Below, piece after piece: positions 1 to 15,367 of a stretch of DNA of 64,000 bases (position 1 is its first letter; the number at the start of each line of letters is the position of its first letter). Source of the DNA: Mizuhopecten yessoensis (Eukaryota). The translations under genes and the position numbers were made by a program. The notes beneath the pieces are model-generated. The model did no database searches and had not been told where the DNA came from. It saw nothing but the letters and a program-made list of their open reading frames with translations. The stretch spans positions 257,369 to 321,368 of the forward strand of contig NW_018480056.1 in NCBI RefSeq assembly GCF_002113885.1. The letters run 5' to 3'.

Positions 1-170
1 CCCCCACTGCCTCCAGTATGTGTTTCCAGTTATTACTACAGTCCCCTATTCCCTTCCCTCCCCCACTGCCTCCAGTGTGTGTTTCGTTTATAGTGGCTAC
101 AGTTATTACTACAGTCCCCTATTCCCTTCCCTCCCCCAAACTGCCTCCAGTGTTTGTGTTTATAGTGGCA
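1..170. repeat. Degenerate ~60-75 bp tandem repeat (cccccactgcctccagt...tacagtcccctattcccttccctc)
   Basis: 2-3 visible copies, probably continuing upstream. Confidence 0.8.
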
Positions 171-3100
171 GTCCCGCCCAGGTTGCCTAGATCACAGCTG
201 GAGTTCGCTACAACAACACTTCTCTAGTAATTGTTTTATATGTCATACTGTCAGCTGTCATCCAGAATTATCTCCACTTAGACGAGCTCTCCTCTCTGAC
301 AGAGTGTCTGACGGGAGACCGTTCTCCACTAATAATTACACCTCTTCAAGTCCAGTGCTAATTTCACTAGAAGGATAACTGTTTATAGAATCGGATACAT
401 GTTATCATAGCAATATGATTTGTAGAGTATGACAAATTGTTTTGATTGCAGGTCAGCCACTGTTTTAACACGTACAATAAGAGACTCTCATTTCTGACAA
501 CATGCCCCCGCATATTTGTTTCATATCAAATTTTAATATCTCTTTCATGTTGGGCTGCATAGTTTTCTAGGTCAAAACTTGATACGGTTGGTGTTCCAAA
601 TCAGAAGTCACGAAATGATAGGCATGCAATTATTATTACAAGGGAGGAGTATCTGAAAGTCTGTAAAAAATTGACAGTCACTGTTTTGATATGTGTATTA
701 ACCATTATCAGCAGGGGAAATCAGAATTTGAAATTAGGCTATTAAGCTACAAAAGTGTTCAATTACATCCTGTCATCCTTTAAAATTTCAAGATACCAAA
801 ATAATCTGTCAATGTTCAATTTCTTTCATAATTATGTGTTACTTTTCAAAGATTGTATCGGACATTTCCAACCAAAGAGTAAATTAACAGGATATAAGAA
901 CAAGGACAATTATTAGCAGGAAATATGATAAAACATGTTGTTTGTTTCAATTTTATGTTAGTATGAAGTACACCTAAGGTTCATATGAAGACAAGGTTTG
1001 CTCAGATCCATTAAAGATCTTTAAAGTTCACATGGAGGGGGAGGAGAGGGGNTGTTTTCATCTAAATTTTAGTTGCTTTTTTACCCAACATTCATTTTGC
1101 TTAATTGGGGCGTTTATTAGGATAAAAAAAAACACTTTCATTGCTTCAGGACTTCCCAGGAAGTCCAGCCATGATCAACAGACATAAATCTCTGCTTTAA
1201 AGTGTACAAGTTCTATTAATCATTGATTGGGCCTGGTCATGTCTAGGAGGGAGTCTATATAATGTCACTCCTCTCCAAAAGGGAGAGGAGCGCTAATAGG
1301 GGGAGGAGCACTAATTGCAATCAATATGGTAAGTTTTGGGTGATATTTTCATGGTATTTTAGTGAAATATCACCAAAAAATGTTCTTCAACATTTGTTTC
1401 AATATCTTATATGATATAAAAGGATGAATCGCCATCCCCAGATGTTAAAAAAAATCTTGGTTCCTAAATTGAAGACGGAAAGTCTGAGGAAGACACAACA
1501 TTTTAGACAGTAGTTAATGAGAAAGTATATTGGAGATCACTTTAAACCAGTATATCACATTAATCTTGTTCTGTTCCGACACTCTACAGAGACAGGAGAA
1601 GCCTATTAGAGTCACTTGGACATGTTTTCTCTGTATCTGTATAGACCAATAGCCCCAACACTGATCTACACTGGAGAAAATCAGAAAAATGGCTTTGTTT
1701 GGGTCTGCTGATGATGATATGGGAGATATTTTATCAATCCTGATCGTGTACAGGATAGCAAACTGCGCAAATCAGGACAAATATCAGTATATGTTTTTCC
1801 TTATTTTTTTCTTCTTCCCCTGAGGCAAAGCAGAACTATCCCGGATTGTACAATATATTTGATATTTGTTTACTCCTGTTGGAATGTGGCCATGTTTTCA
1901 AAGATTCTTACGAATCTGGTTTCCTCTGATACATGCATCATAACAGAGCTAAGTCACTGACCTAAATTCTTAGTGAGACTTTGACCTCAAATATGAATTA
2001 ACTCTTATTTGGCCAATCGGAAAACATCAATTTGTTAATGTTCATTTCTGACCGTTCGTTTTCATAAAGAAATTGCCATGATTTACAATGTATGATTATT
2101 GTATTGAAAATAAATATGTGAATTAATTTCATATATTATTAAAATTGTCATGCATCCTGGATCAAGTTACATATATGTATATACATCATGAGTTTTGTCA
2201 TTAATCTTAATCTAAAGCTGTTGCAAACAGGATCTCATTATAGACATGTGTTGTTAGTTTAATCATCCCAAATGGATAAGTCAGTCCTATTTGTATATCA
2301 TAATATATCAGTCCTGTTTGTATATCATAATATATCAAATGTTTTTTTGTTGGAAAGGTAACATTAATATTTCAGTCAATAATGGGCATATGGTCATATA
2401 TGTTCCCTGCATCATTCAGACTAAATTCCTGTTCTTTTGACATTTGAGTCTATGCTACGTTCAGTTAGCATATATGGATTTGCAGTTTTAATAAAACAGT
2501 ATCAAACAGTTTTTTTTTTAATATGTCAAACAAATACTTCAGGACATCAGTTTGGGATGCTTCTGAGCATCAAATCATGATGACCTATATGAAGGTTTTT
2601 AACATCACAGTTCCAAAACAAAAACACAAAATGATATTCCGAGTACATGCACACATACATATAAAAATATGGAAATGTGTCGGGAGTGCATCACGCTTAA
2701 CGATAAAAGTAAACACAGGCCTTTGATTGTTTGACATATTGTTTGCACAAATGGATAAAAGTGTTAGATAAACATCTCGTTACTTCAGTGGAGTGTAAAT
2801 ATCACACACAAACAGTGCTAGAAGAGCAGAGGAAGTGATCTATTAGTCTGCTAACAGGGCAGTGACAGAGGCAGTTATACTGTGACAGAAACATTACAGT
2901 GATGATATGAGTTGTTATAAGCTACAGGGATACATGTAGGGTACGTGCTCTGTAACATACTCCAACACAGCTTTCTAACTCAGACATACTTAAAGGAACA
3001 AGCTACCTTATACTGGTGCTATAACCTTCTCTATCTCCTTTTCATAAAGAGTTCTTCATAAAGAAATCTGTAAAACGGTTATATAAATGATAATTTAGAA

Positions 3101-5809
3101 TTGATTTATGACATTTTAAAGGTAAAGAAGAATGAAAAGAATTCTTAATTAGTGTTCAATTACTCCAACTAAAATGATAAAAGGGGGAGAACTCTTGCTC
3201 AAACTACAATTAGCGCGTACATATCCTTACTTAGAAGTTAGAGGGAAATCTGAATAATTCAGGAACCTAAATGGAACAGAACTTGAAAATCTTTTTATTT
3301 TAAGCAAATTTATTAGTCCTACTTATCATATGAAGCTTATTTTATGTAGATCTTAATCTTATATACAATCAATTTTCTGGGAACTAAACAGTGCAGTACT
3401 ATATTTACATTGTTCCATACCTTCTACATCATTTACTAAATTACTTTAACAGTATTCATTATTGGGGTTTTTTTGCTTGAGAATTTTGGAACATTCTGCA
3501 GTTCTTATTTTCCCAAATTGCTAGACAACAAGTTATATGTGGTTGAATACAGGAGGTCAAACAAAATTAATTGATCTTAAACAAGTTTTCAGGTAATTAT
3601 AAACTTCCACATACTAAAGTCTAGTTTATGCAGGTTTTCTGATTATACAATCTGTAGTTAGACAGGTGCTACGCTGTAATTATATTTTGCAATTTGTCTT
3701 TCTTTTTAAAACAGTTGTCAATCATTTTCTCTCCAAATTGGTTCAAATACAAAATTAAACAGTTCACTCCTTCACAAATTGATGCAAAATTGAATTCTTG
3801 TAATAGATATGCAGAGCCGAAGAAAGAGGAATGGCACATACCGAAAAAAAAAGAATTTTATGGTTTAATCTGTCTCATTTGAGCAAAACATGCATTTATC
3901 TTGGCGATGTAATAACACATATTTTACCATCAAAATCGTTTGAAATTGAATGATTTCGTTGGAAGTGTTAAGAAGACTAGACTATGTAAGGACATAGAAT
4001 TAACTTGGATGCAGAAACTCAATCTTAGTCAATAACACTCTTGTTGTTCTTCATCAAATTCAAACACTAGAAAAACAGGCAGCAGTTTAATGTTGACGCG
4101 TTGTAAGGACGATTGATTGAGATGTTGAACAGCAATGTAATTTGGTTGAAAATGTGACTTTTTTGCCCCTCGGTTCTGACTCGGAACTGAGTTCTCAGCA
4201 GGCGATTTCTGAAAACAGAATCTGAATCTTGAAGGAGCTTTAATTGAATGTGTAACAACTCGGTCAGAATTGCATTGCTTGATTTTTTTATGTCAAACAG
4301 AAGAATTTCCATCGTATGGTCCTGAGGTGTACTATTGTGTAACTGGCAGAGACAGCCATTTTGTTCTAAGTAGATTGTTGCATAAAGGATTTAGAGAATT
4401 CGTCTTAGAAATGTTCAGCTAATTGACTTTATTTTCTGTTTGGAATTTCAGTAAAATCAATAGTTTCCGTAAGGATAGGAATTTCTTCAAGACAAAAACA
4501 CTATTGAAAAAAGAAGAAGAACCTTTTTATTGTCTGTAGGTCGAGGTTGTACCCGCCAATTTAGATATAGGCAGAATGTTTCAGTGTATGAGAAGTTTTG
4601 CTAGTAATGATTGACAAAAATGAAACTCAAATTCAGAGACAGCTTAAAACAGAAAATAATAATTATTTGTTATGTACCGAAAGTATTGTACCAAATTGTT
4701 AAAGTGATTTTTAAATGAGGAAAAAGATGACATGAGTTGTTAAGATGATGTATGCATTTTGCAATAACAAAACTGCTGTTTTGATAAAATTCTTTAAAAA
4801 TGTTTAAAATTCAAAAAAATATTTTGCAATATTACTGATTGATAATGGTACTAAAATTGTTGTAATTAGAATGTTAAATGTAATGTTATTAGTTAAGATG
4901 CTCTCATTAAGCTAGCTTAATCAATCTTATTTGATTATGAGAGGGTATTTATATTTCCCAGTTAAAAAATACATAGAAAATGACACATTGATCATGCATG
5001 TTTCTAACCCACATCTGATTTAAGGTCAGGCTATTAGGTTTGTCTTGGTTTCATGGTCGATGAATGCTAGATTTACATTATAGCCGCACAAGTACTCATG
5101 ATGTGGTCATTTAGGAGCAACTTATCCATAAATCCAGAATTTTGAGTCTTTTTTTTTAATATTACATTGTTTAGTGAAGGGTTTATTTGATGTGATAGTT
5201 TTGAAATAAAAAAATAATACTTATTTCTTTTCCCCCCAAATATAAATTACGTTTGTTTGTTTTGGTTGATTGAGAGATTTTGACATTCAGGAAAGATCTT
5301 AAAAGGTAAAAATTGGAAGTTATTTTAGAAGGTTTTGTTTCAAAGCCTTTATATCAGTCTTTTTCATCTATAAGAATGTTACAAGAATTTAGCAAAGCAT
5401 TCAGATTAACAAAGCTGTTTCACATTTTAAAGGAGTACCTTTCGGGGCCCTCTCCCCCAAATTTTCTCTCTTTGATGTAAATGGTCTTATGCTGGATTAG
5501 GTCACAGTGACCTATATTTACTATAGAGCAATGTCATCAAAGAAGACAAGGTCATGATGTCGAGAAAATATTTGATACATACCTTGTGGTTATTTCTTTT
5601 GTTAACTCAATTCACAAATTTTAATTGATAAATGATGATTTCTTTATAGAATTAATTTCAAGGATTCGTGAATGATAATTAATCTTATGATATTTCATTT
5701 CAAGGATTCGTGAATGATAATTAATCTTGTAACATTTCATTTCACGGAGGAATTGTGCTGGCGTGAGGAATTGTTCTGTATTTGGAGTGGGTAGAAGATT
5801 ATTTACCGT

Positions 5810-6000
5810 TTTTCTTTTTCGGTGCTGGTTTCTCATGATAGCGGCCTTTGTTGTGGGATCTGTATTCTATCACAATAGTTTGGATAAGACAACAGTTCCA
5901 GGGGCCGGACCCATTGTTGTTATCTGTGGTCCTGACTGCCACACCCTGGCCAATGGGCAACCTGCTCAATGTTTTCTTCCCCGCTACATCACACTCGCTG
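5810..6000 (-). mobile_element. Possible decayed Ty3/Gypsy integrase C-terminal fragment
   Basis: Minus-strand frames read KTLSRLPIGQGVAVR / PGTVV / IMRNQHR with frameshifts and stops, resembling the L-x-L-x-x-G-x-x-V-x-V-R...PGTVV...RRNRRH tail of Gypsy integrases; by eye only. Confidence 0.35.
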
Positions 6001-9000
6001 GTGACTGTGTGGGACCTGCTAAGTGTGAATCAGACAAAAATGAGCAAATCTTTAAAACTAAAATGGGTATTGAATTCTTTTCTGCCACTTATTGGCTCAT
6101 AGTCATTCTATGACTGCCTGCCTGTTGTATGTTTTCTTTGAGGGGATTTTTAAAATGTGATTGGTTATACAGTAACCACATCAATCTTTGGTATTGAATC
6201 TTCTGTGAGTGAATTCTAATGAAGATGCACTTACTTTATTTTTTTAAACTAGTCACTTGAAAGAATGAATAAATGAAATTGTTTTGTTTTTGTTTTTGAG
6301 TGTTTAACACTTTATTGTAATGGCCGACAGGCATGAAATTGCCTATACACTTGTACTCTGTTGAATCCACACAAATGTTCATACAAAAACACAAACCAAA
6401 AACATGCTTTTTGTACCCCCTGGTCCCCCTAGTAATAGGGCCCTGCCCTAGATCCGCTCCTAAATGAATCCACTCCCAACATGGGCTAGCTTTGCCTCTG
6501 GATGACAGTGAGGTTGAATATTTTGTAGTATGAGTCTTGCCCTGTGATTGTAGTGATAACACCTCCTTCATCAGGTCCTGTGGAGGGGAGGGGGAGATAC
6601 TCCCCCCTCCCCCTGGTACCTATCAACAGATTACATACAGCTCCATCACGCTGGTGGTGGGCTGGAGAGGTCTATGGTCACGTAATGTTAAAACAAATTT
6701 ACCAGTAAAAATCTGGTCAGGATCACTTGGAAGCTTGCTAAACACCAACATTGAACATGGGCTGTTGTCGTTATCATGGTTTTAATTACATCTATATAAA
6801 AAGGCCAGTAAGCCTTTGATATTTGAGGCGAATATATGTGGGTTAGTACTAAGATAGGAGGAGTCGTGACTCCTGGGTCAGGTGCTGATCATGATCAGGA
6901 TCATTATAGTTTGGATAGGAATGGTTGGGGCAGAGCTTATTGAAGGGGTCTTACAGGGGGTCATGGAATGGGGGTGGGGGGCTTTAAAGGTGTGGTGCAG
7001 CATTGCAGATGAGTTTAGGCTTTTACATCCTTTTTATCTTCATACCTTTCTCTTTGAACCCAAACAACTTAGGGTGAACAAGTCCATTGCTGTATCCAGA
7101 ATGCTTATTTACTAAAAAGTCAGGATGAGAAATATTTCATATATTCGAAACATTTACTAAAGTTGAGATGCACTTGGAAGGAATGCTTTGATTGTCATGA
7201 AACTTTAAGTCATCCAATTTTATGTTCATGTTTAATTTTGATCCGAATCTGAAAAACAACATGGTCGGCAGCGGGTAGAGATGACACTTTCACTTCAGTG
7301 AAATTCTTGTTATCTGTAGAAGAATATCAAGTTTCATGGAACAAGTACATGTTATGATCCAAATGTTCTTCATTAAAGATTTCTTGTTTCAAATGACTGA
7401 GATAGTTTTGTTCTCCAATTCCCAGCATTGGTGAGTAGTTGTTTTTTTGAGGATTAGAAATCAATAAAGAAATTAGTTTCAGGTAATGCCTTTGAAGTAT
7501 TGTATGTAGGAAGCTCCGGATTGCTCCGCCAGTCTGATTCTGGTGAATGTTTAGATCAATATTGTCAATATGGATCTCAAGAACAGTTGATTACCAGACA
7601 GATGTGGGTGAAATGAGATAAAAAAAACATTGTCGAAGGCAATAAAAAAAAACATATTTGCATGTCATTGTAGTTTCTGTATACATGTTGGCTCTCATTA
7701 AGAACTCACGCCAACATAAATCTACTCGTGGTATATCTAATTCGCATGAATAAATCCCTGAAGTCAGACGGTGAATCATTGTTGAATTTGTAAATTACTC
7801 AATTTACATAATGTCATTATGCACTAAAAAGCTCCCGAATTAAGCTAAAAGGATTGTCCTTGATTGTTACATCATTAGGGAAGAATGATGCTCTTTGATT
7901 TACAAACTTTTTTTTTGCCGCCTTGTAATTCCTTAAGTATTTTAAGACACGTGGGTGGTCTTCTAATTAGTAAGTGACATTTTGAGGCATTTGAACATTG
8001 TCAGTACTAATCAAGGGTATTGTCCCCCCCAGCTCATCAGCTGTGTTATTTAATTAGTCCGCTTTCTCTATACAAATACAGGACTAGCACTTTGTCCGAC
8101 CGTTTGTCCCGAAAGATTAGTTTGGACTTGTTTTTCTGTAGAAATGCATTTGTTAATATACTAGTTCTAGATCTACCAGCCGTAAAACAAAACAAAAAGC
8201 AATTAACAGCGTAAATTAGGCAAAGAAGATTATATATTGGAAAAAACATCAAATATCTGTGAAAAGATCAATTGTCATTTAGTTTATGTTTGTGAAGTAA
8301 ATCCAATAGATGGTACTTTGGATATATAGATACCTTTTGGAATTCCAAGTCACTTATGGTCTTTTCAAAAATAAAGAAATATGGCTAGTTTTATATTTCG
8401 ACAAAAAGAAGATCTCGATGAATTGTCATTTTTATTTTCATCTGATCATGATCAAAGCAAATACTTGGAAAGATTTTTTATTTTGTTGAAATTTAAGGGA
8501 CGAAATGATACATATTTATCACTTTATGTAATTTTATCACTTTATGTAATACATGTATGGGTAATTTGTTGACAAGTAAAAAAACACGGTGAAACTAACG
8601 ACTTGCACAGATAGATGTTGGAAGGGATCAGTGATTACTGACATATTTTGGGGTATCAGACAGAACATATTTACAACTTAGTGTAAACGGGCAATATGTT
8701 ATTTTTCCGTTCATTATAAAGGCATTACTTTCGCAACTTCAAACATTGAAGAGTGATACAATCGCTAGGGGGTTGCTGGGGAAGCCAAAACCCACAGGAA
8801 ATGGGGAGATAAGAAGAGAAAAGGTGGAGTTGTCCTTAAACCCATCCAGCGATTACTCAAGCTTATAAAGTTCATCCTGGTAAAGAAATATGATTATCTG
8901 CACCAGGAGACTTGCTTCCTAAAAGATATTGTATTACATATAAATTGGGATGTATGACTTCTTGAAATTTTTGGAGATTTTGAGATAGTTGGGAAACCTT

Positions 9001-9309
9001 TTCTTTCTATGCTGTGGTAGACAAATTGAATGGCACTGGACATTATACACATGTGAAAAAGGTGGGAAAAACTGACAAAGTTTACAGATAATGGCCCGGG
9101 GGGGGGGGGGATACGACATTATCATAGGATCTGAAATATACATTTCCAGAGGGATCGGTCTAGTAATGTACGTGTATAAGTAAAGTTAGATAGGGCGATA
9201 TGTGGACTAGGTGTGAAGGAGGAAGGTTTCAAGGTCTGTGAATGGAAAATGTACTGCTTCTATGATTATTTCGTCAAATGCAGATATAAGCTACCTTCCC
9301 TATATAACT

Positions 9310-9396
9310 TTAACTCATTCACCCCTAAAGAAACATTAGAAACATTTGAACTCTTCTAATTCAAAGGTTAGCATAGTTCAGGGGTGAATGAGTTAA
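9310..9396 (+). mobile_element. TTAA-flanked ~90 bp MITE, family A
   Basis: TIRs TTAA-CTCATTCACCCCT...AGGGGTGAATGAG-TTAA. Confidence 0.85.
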
Positions 9397-9540
9397 ATGG
9401 TACATCGTTTTCTCTCTGCTGGTCCTTAATATCTTTCCCACAGATGCTAGTTTTGTGGCAGCAGATTTTTTCTTGTTATGTTTCTTTTTCCTTCATTTCG
9501 GCATCTTTTGGTCAGTTTTGTTGTTTACTTAAGGAATTAA

Positions 9541-9750
9541 GGGGCGTGTTGGCAAAGTGGTTAAGGCATCTGACATTCTGCTACCACTAGCCCTCCATGG
9601 GGTTCGAGACCTATGTGGGGCAGTCCCAAGGAACTGGCCGTAGGTAGGTGTTGTTTCTCCAGGAACTCCGGCTTTCCTCCACCACCAAAACCTGGCACAT
9701 CCTTAAATGACCATAGCTGTTAATAGGACATCAAAATACTAACAAACCAA
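9541..9750 (+). mobile_element. tRNA-derived SINE with V-domain-like core
   Basis: A box TGGCAAAGTGG, B box GGTTCGAGACC, core TTTCTCCAGGAACTCCGGCTTTCCTCC, A/C-rich tail. Confidence 0.8.
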
Positions 9751-10729
9751 GTTAACTTAAGGCCATTTATTTCCATGTTCTGCTAGTGACATTTAGGATT
9801 TCTTCTTGCACACCACTGTAGTGCTGTTAGCTTCTAGATGCTGTGTAAAGCTATGTGTCTTCAACCAAGTTATTTGCTGATGATATAAATAGCACCTTAA
9901 TGACTTCAGGAAATGATGGAAATTGACATATTTACGGATTACTGTAATGTTTTTTCACACTGTTTTTCATGTACATATGATAAGTATAAGACTCTACAAA
10001 GTATCTGTTCATCTACCTATAAATACCTAACATTTGGCCACTCGTCAGATCTTACTATTTACGTAAATATGATACTTAAATTGTTAAAGATAAAAAGATT
10101 TTCAGAAAAATAAGTCATTTATATATATATCTGATATAAAAAAAAAATTAGTTTAAAAGTAGGTGGTATTTTAATTTGCTATGTTGTAAATGGTTAAATT
10201 ACCCAGTAATGTAAAAATCATCATATTCAGAGCTTTGACATTTTATAAATCAAGATTTTGCAATCCCTTGCTTTAGCTATTAAAAGGAGAAATCCAGTCA
10301 ATGAATAGCAAAGATCAAGAATAGTATGTGCGTGTGACTTATTTTGACTGGCTATTTTATCTAAACTTCAAATAGCAGAGACATCTAACCTTTTAGTCAA
10401 TACACATCAGATATTGTCTGATATTCTTACGTAAAGTTTGAATTTCAATTACTCAGAAAATCACATAAAAGAATCTGCTGAATTTCAACTGTCTCATTTC
10501 CACATGTTCGCATATAGTTACATTCTACTGAAATGTTATAAGATAAGTACGACTTTCAAGGAGAGACCAATGTCTTACCCGTTAAAATGTACACAAAATG
10601 TAAGAAATATATAGAATAGCATATTACTCTGTATGATCTGGTCACCAATCATACATTCTCAGGACAGAAGTCTAATGTGTAATAATAAATTATATACTGA
10701 TCAAATATGTATGAGAGCTGATGCAAAGT

Positions 10730-10931
10730 TCTAGAAAGGGGGACAACTCTAGTCTTAGGTAAAGTGATTCTGGGAAAGGGGGAATACTCGAGTCTTATGG
10801 TAAAGTGATTATTGGAAAGGGGGACAACTCTAGTCTTATGGTGAAGTGATTATTGGAAAGGGGGACAACTGTAGTCTTAGGTAAAGTGATTATTGGAAAG
10901 GGGGACAACTGTAGTCTTGGGTAAAGTGATC
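10730..10931. repeat. ~40 bp minisatellite x5
   Basis: ggaaagggggacaactctagtcttaggtaaagtgattatt. Confidence 0.9.
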
Positions 10932-13073
10932 ATATTTCTATATTTCCTTCATTTACATGTTTGGAAATTTGTATTTTATACAGCTCCTGATTATAGCTAC
11001 CAAGAAAAAGGTGAAGTATTTATGTCCTCAGTTAACTGGCTTGTTATTAAATATTTGAATCTTGTTTCATTTATGCCTTTGAATGATAATTTGCAAAGCT
11101 TTTGTTCATGTCAGAGTGTGGAAAAAGTATTTCTTTGATACTTCTTGCAATTGTTTGGTAAAACTTATTTTATGCCATTTGTTTGATATGTTGTTTGGTT
11201 ATTTAATTATTTATTGAATTATCAGTTGATTGATTTCATTCATTCATTGTAAAACAAGTTATATAACCATTCTTTAGTCAATCAAAAATCTTTGTCTCTT
11301 GATCTCAAAGTGTTGAGGCCATCAAATAACATTATCATACTGAATGGTTATATACCTAAGTTTGAAAAGCCGTTGTCTTTTATACCTATTTTCATGAATG
11401 TTCAAAGATGATAACTAAACACATGATATATACATGTCATTATATGACCTTTCGTTAGATATATCAATCAAAACTTTCCTATTTAGAACAAAAACAGAAT
11501 ACAAAGTATAGAGTGAAATTCAAAATTGTAATCTTGTTTTAAACTCACTTTATGAATTCACTGATAGGTGATTACTTCTGATAGGTCTTTTGTTTCTATT
11601 TATATCAAATATACTTTGGGTGTATGTCCTAAACTGGTGTTAATACGTTGTGACACTGTTAAAGCTTCTATAGGGTATAAAGGTGAGATCCCATGACAAA
11701 AAAGCTGGACAGACTTTAATTGAATCCTGGAGCAACAGTATATTCAACAAAAATTGGTTTCACCACGGAGGGGACATTCTCCTAACTTCACCATTTTATG
11801 TAACAAAAAAAGGGCAACTTCTTAAAAAGACACAAAGTGAAAGATTTTAATGTTAAAGTTCCTTTTTGTTGATGTAATCCTAAATGTGCTTTAAAATCTA
11901 AAAGATTTACACCAATGATCCCCTGCAGGGGAGAGGTTTCAGCCTTGTAAGCCTGTCAAAGGGAGCGAAAACATCACACTTTCTGATTATTATTAAGTGA
12001 AATTTAACAAAAAAGATATAATAAATTCTTCTTTAAATCAATTTATGAAGAGGATAAACCACTGGGAAATTGTCTGGCCCTAATAGATATGCTTCAATTT
12101 GAAAGGAGTATTAATATGATGGTGTGTTTTATCCCCGGGCTACCTACTCTATCGGTCGAGCCTTGTTATAGCCCGTTACTGGGTAGGAGGTGTTCATGGA
12201 GTTATATACGGAGTGCCTCCTTTCAAAGATGAAACACAATAAAAAAAATCAGGGCAATATCTGATTAATAGAAACACGTTATGATCAGCATTTTTAGATT
12301 AAGTTTCAGATGAACGAAATAAAGTCAAAAGAGAAACATAAAGTTGTCTCCCAAATTTTGGTAATATTTGTTTTCTCACCGCTGGTTGTAGATTATTAAT
12401 TAATTGCAGTCAAATGCAGTATGCATTAATATGCTTTCGTACATATAAATAGATAAACCTTTATTTTATTTAATGCAGTTTTGGATGATCAAAATAGTTT
12501 TATTTTGTTACATTTGAGCTAGAATCTATTAACGCCCCTTGGCTTTTAAATTTTGTGTTAATGAAATGTCTGTTAACGGTAGAAAACTGTATAATAAAAG
12601 TCACATCCAAAAATCGATTCTGATAGATGAGTTAGAATCCGTAATTTACAGAATTGAATGAGAATTTGCTACTTTTGTGCAATTTATCCACTTAACGTAT
12701 TCCGGAAGTTCCTCTGGGTCCAAAACTACATGCTGCTTTTATGACATAATCTCCACAGTAAATACCTTAATGTTGGCAGTGGGCGTCACTGATGCGCTGA
12801 AGTGTCTAGAAGAGATCCTGAATTGAATTTTCCACAATTTTAAGAGTTCAAACAGTTTAAAGACAATCTATACTTACTCCCTAAGGGCTAAAAACTAGAT
12901 TTACCTTGTAGGAATGGATGTTTAGCAGTTTGATTTACGCTACCGAACTGTAACATCAGCAATTTTAAAGTTTAAACCAGAGAAATCTATATATGGTCCA
13001 CTAACTGTAGTAATGGTTGGATGGCATTTCCTTGGGTTGTCAAGTTTCAAAATATCCTGAAATTACCAGACTA

Positions 13074-13169
13074 TTAACTCATTCATCCCTGAAGACACAT
13101 TTGAACTCTTAAATCCAATTCAAAGGTTGGATTAGGTCATTATGAAATTTCAGGGGGTAAGTGAGTTAA
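13074..13169 (+). mobile_element. TTAA MITE family A
   Basis: Same TIRs and internal gaagacacatttgaactctt...caaaggttgg...ttatgaaatttcaggg. Confidence 0.85.
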
Positions 13170-13818
13170 GATGGGAAATATGATTAGTAAGTTTAAGAAT
13201 TCAATCAATTTTTCAGGTGGTCAAGGTAATTTGTAACAGTTGATGATCAATGTAACATTGTCAGATTTTTAAAGTATTTGATCCCTCTGACGTCGGATTT
13301 CTGAAGTCTTTGATCCCTCTGACAAAAAATGTATGTACATATAGATAGTCTACAAATGAAAACAGTTGCGTCCCTTCTTAAAAAAAAGGTTAAATGTTGT
13401 TTTTATTGGATCACTTAAAGTGAACAAACGCAGAGATATATCTAGACCTTGACCCACATTTTTTTTAGAATGAAATAAACGTTGTGATGAGTGCTTAACC
13501 ATATGTGTTGTACCATGATACATATCACATTGGGAAGATTCAATTTATGTCTACCTCAAAAATATGAAAGCTTTCCAAGGCCTCTAAGAAGACTGAAAGT
13601 TCAACCCCCAGTGGGAGAGAATTTGGAACTCTCCTATCAATGGAAGTTAACGAAGAGATGTACTGCAACGGAAAACAACATCCCGTAGAGCCATCAGATT
13701 ATACGGGACGATCTGTATGGATCTGCCACTTGTTTCTACCTGATCATCAGATTGGAAATTTGGGCGTTTCCTGAACCTGTTGAACATATATCATCTTCAC
13801 CATGACTACCATTATGAT

Positions 13819-13943
13819 TGATTTTGAAGGCTACAAGGGACCCCTTTATAGATTTTGAAGGCTACAAGGGACCCCTTGATAGATGTTGAAGGCTACAAGG
13901 GACCCCTTTATAGATTTTGAAGGCTACAAGGGACCGCTTGATA
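13819..13943. repeat. 31 bp minisatellite x4
   Basis: gattttgaaggctacaagggacccctttata. Confidence 0.9.
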
Positions 13944-15367
13944 GTTCCTGAAGGATACATACATATATAAGGCCCATGTTAGCTTTTGATGGATACAGGA
14001 AAAACTCGTTCAAGTCCAGGTCACTTTGATGTTTGGTAGATACATATTTAAACAACAGTTATCTCTTGATGAACAAAACGCATGTTTGAATCAGATATTG
14101 GTCGCTTATCATAGCAAAATGGCTTGTAAATGTCTGTAGCCACCATGCTTACTATGTCACCGATGCAGCTGTTCGCTACCTTACATTGATAAAACATGAA
14201 GTTAAGATCGTTGTCTAAAAACCGCACCCTTGTACTATGGTATGCTGAATGCAAACAGAAAGTAAAATTTTAAATAACATAGTTGTGTAATCATTATAAG
14301 AAATGTTGCGGGGAGTGAAATTTGTTTACAATTTAAGGTATAAACATTTAATCTCTAGGAGACAAGATTGCCTCTGATACATAAACACGACACAGAGTAT
14401 CAATTGGTGGTCTGTTATGCAATGTGCTTGCTTAAGTGGGTCGGAACAGTTTGGAACAGACAGCTTATTGTTTTTTTTCAAGGAGGTTGAAAACAAATCC
14501 GTGAGTTTTTGACTTGAATTATTTTGACATGAATATAAACATCACCTAGCAGAGAATGTTTTTCCATATCTGCTAAACGTTTTCATCATTTTAGGCTAAA
14601 AAAGAGAAGCATACTTTTGTGACGGACTCAAAAAGATATGCAATCTTAGTGGAATCCTGTTGACTGTCCCACCCCAAACAAATCGTAAATCGCTTTCGAT
14701 TCTAATCTTGATGACATGTTTTCCAAATTGTGTTTTAAGTGATGGATTTGAATTAAAAGCTTGTGCGTAATCCTTCCTGATAAATGTTCATATATCAGAT
14801 TTACTAGATGACAACATGCATAAATACAGACAGTTATCTTTCTATCAACAGACTATTGCTTTTGATTCAGGAAATCCTAAAACCTTACAAAAACAAAATA
14901 TCTAATGGATTTGATTTTAGGTGCGATAAAGTAAAATACGTTCATTATCATCTGGAAACATCATGCGTAAGGTACATTATAAGAAAATAAACATACATGT
15001 ATTTGCAACATGAAAATTCATAAAATAATTGTCTTTGAAATGTATTGATATTAAGATAGATTCATTTTGAATACATACCATCCCTTCATTTGTTATACAT
15101 TTAATTCGTGTAAGAAATGCGGTGAAATACTTTCTTTTACTGATCAAGGACATATATTTTAAACACCTTTCCCAATACTGATTAAAGACACACAGTTGGA
15201 TCACGTTTCTCTGTAACCTATCCAGGTTAGATATTTGGAAGGCCTTTCTCTATACTGATCAAGGGCTATACCCATTTGGAATACCTTGGCCTCTTTTGGT
15301 CAGGACAGACATTTGGAACACCTTTCACGACACTGATCAAGGACTGTAGGTTTAAGAAAATATAAAT

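Noticed and set aside
4000-4500. Coding-like minus-strand stretch (possible decayed gag or other TE ORF)
   Set aside because: Multiple stops and no motif I can recognise; needs a profile search
5763-6113. 116-aa Cys-containing + strand ORF as EGFR first exon or a small secreted protein
   Set aside because: No phase-1 donor after a credible signal peptide and no recognisable Cys pattern; the opposite strand looks more like a decayed retroelement
12702-12709. ETS motif CCGGAAGT (and scattered GGAAGT and AP-1 sites) as EGFR feedback elements
   Set aside because: Short motifs expected by chance in 64 kb; no clustering or conservation data
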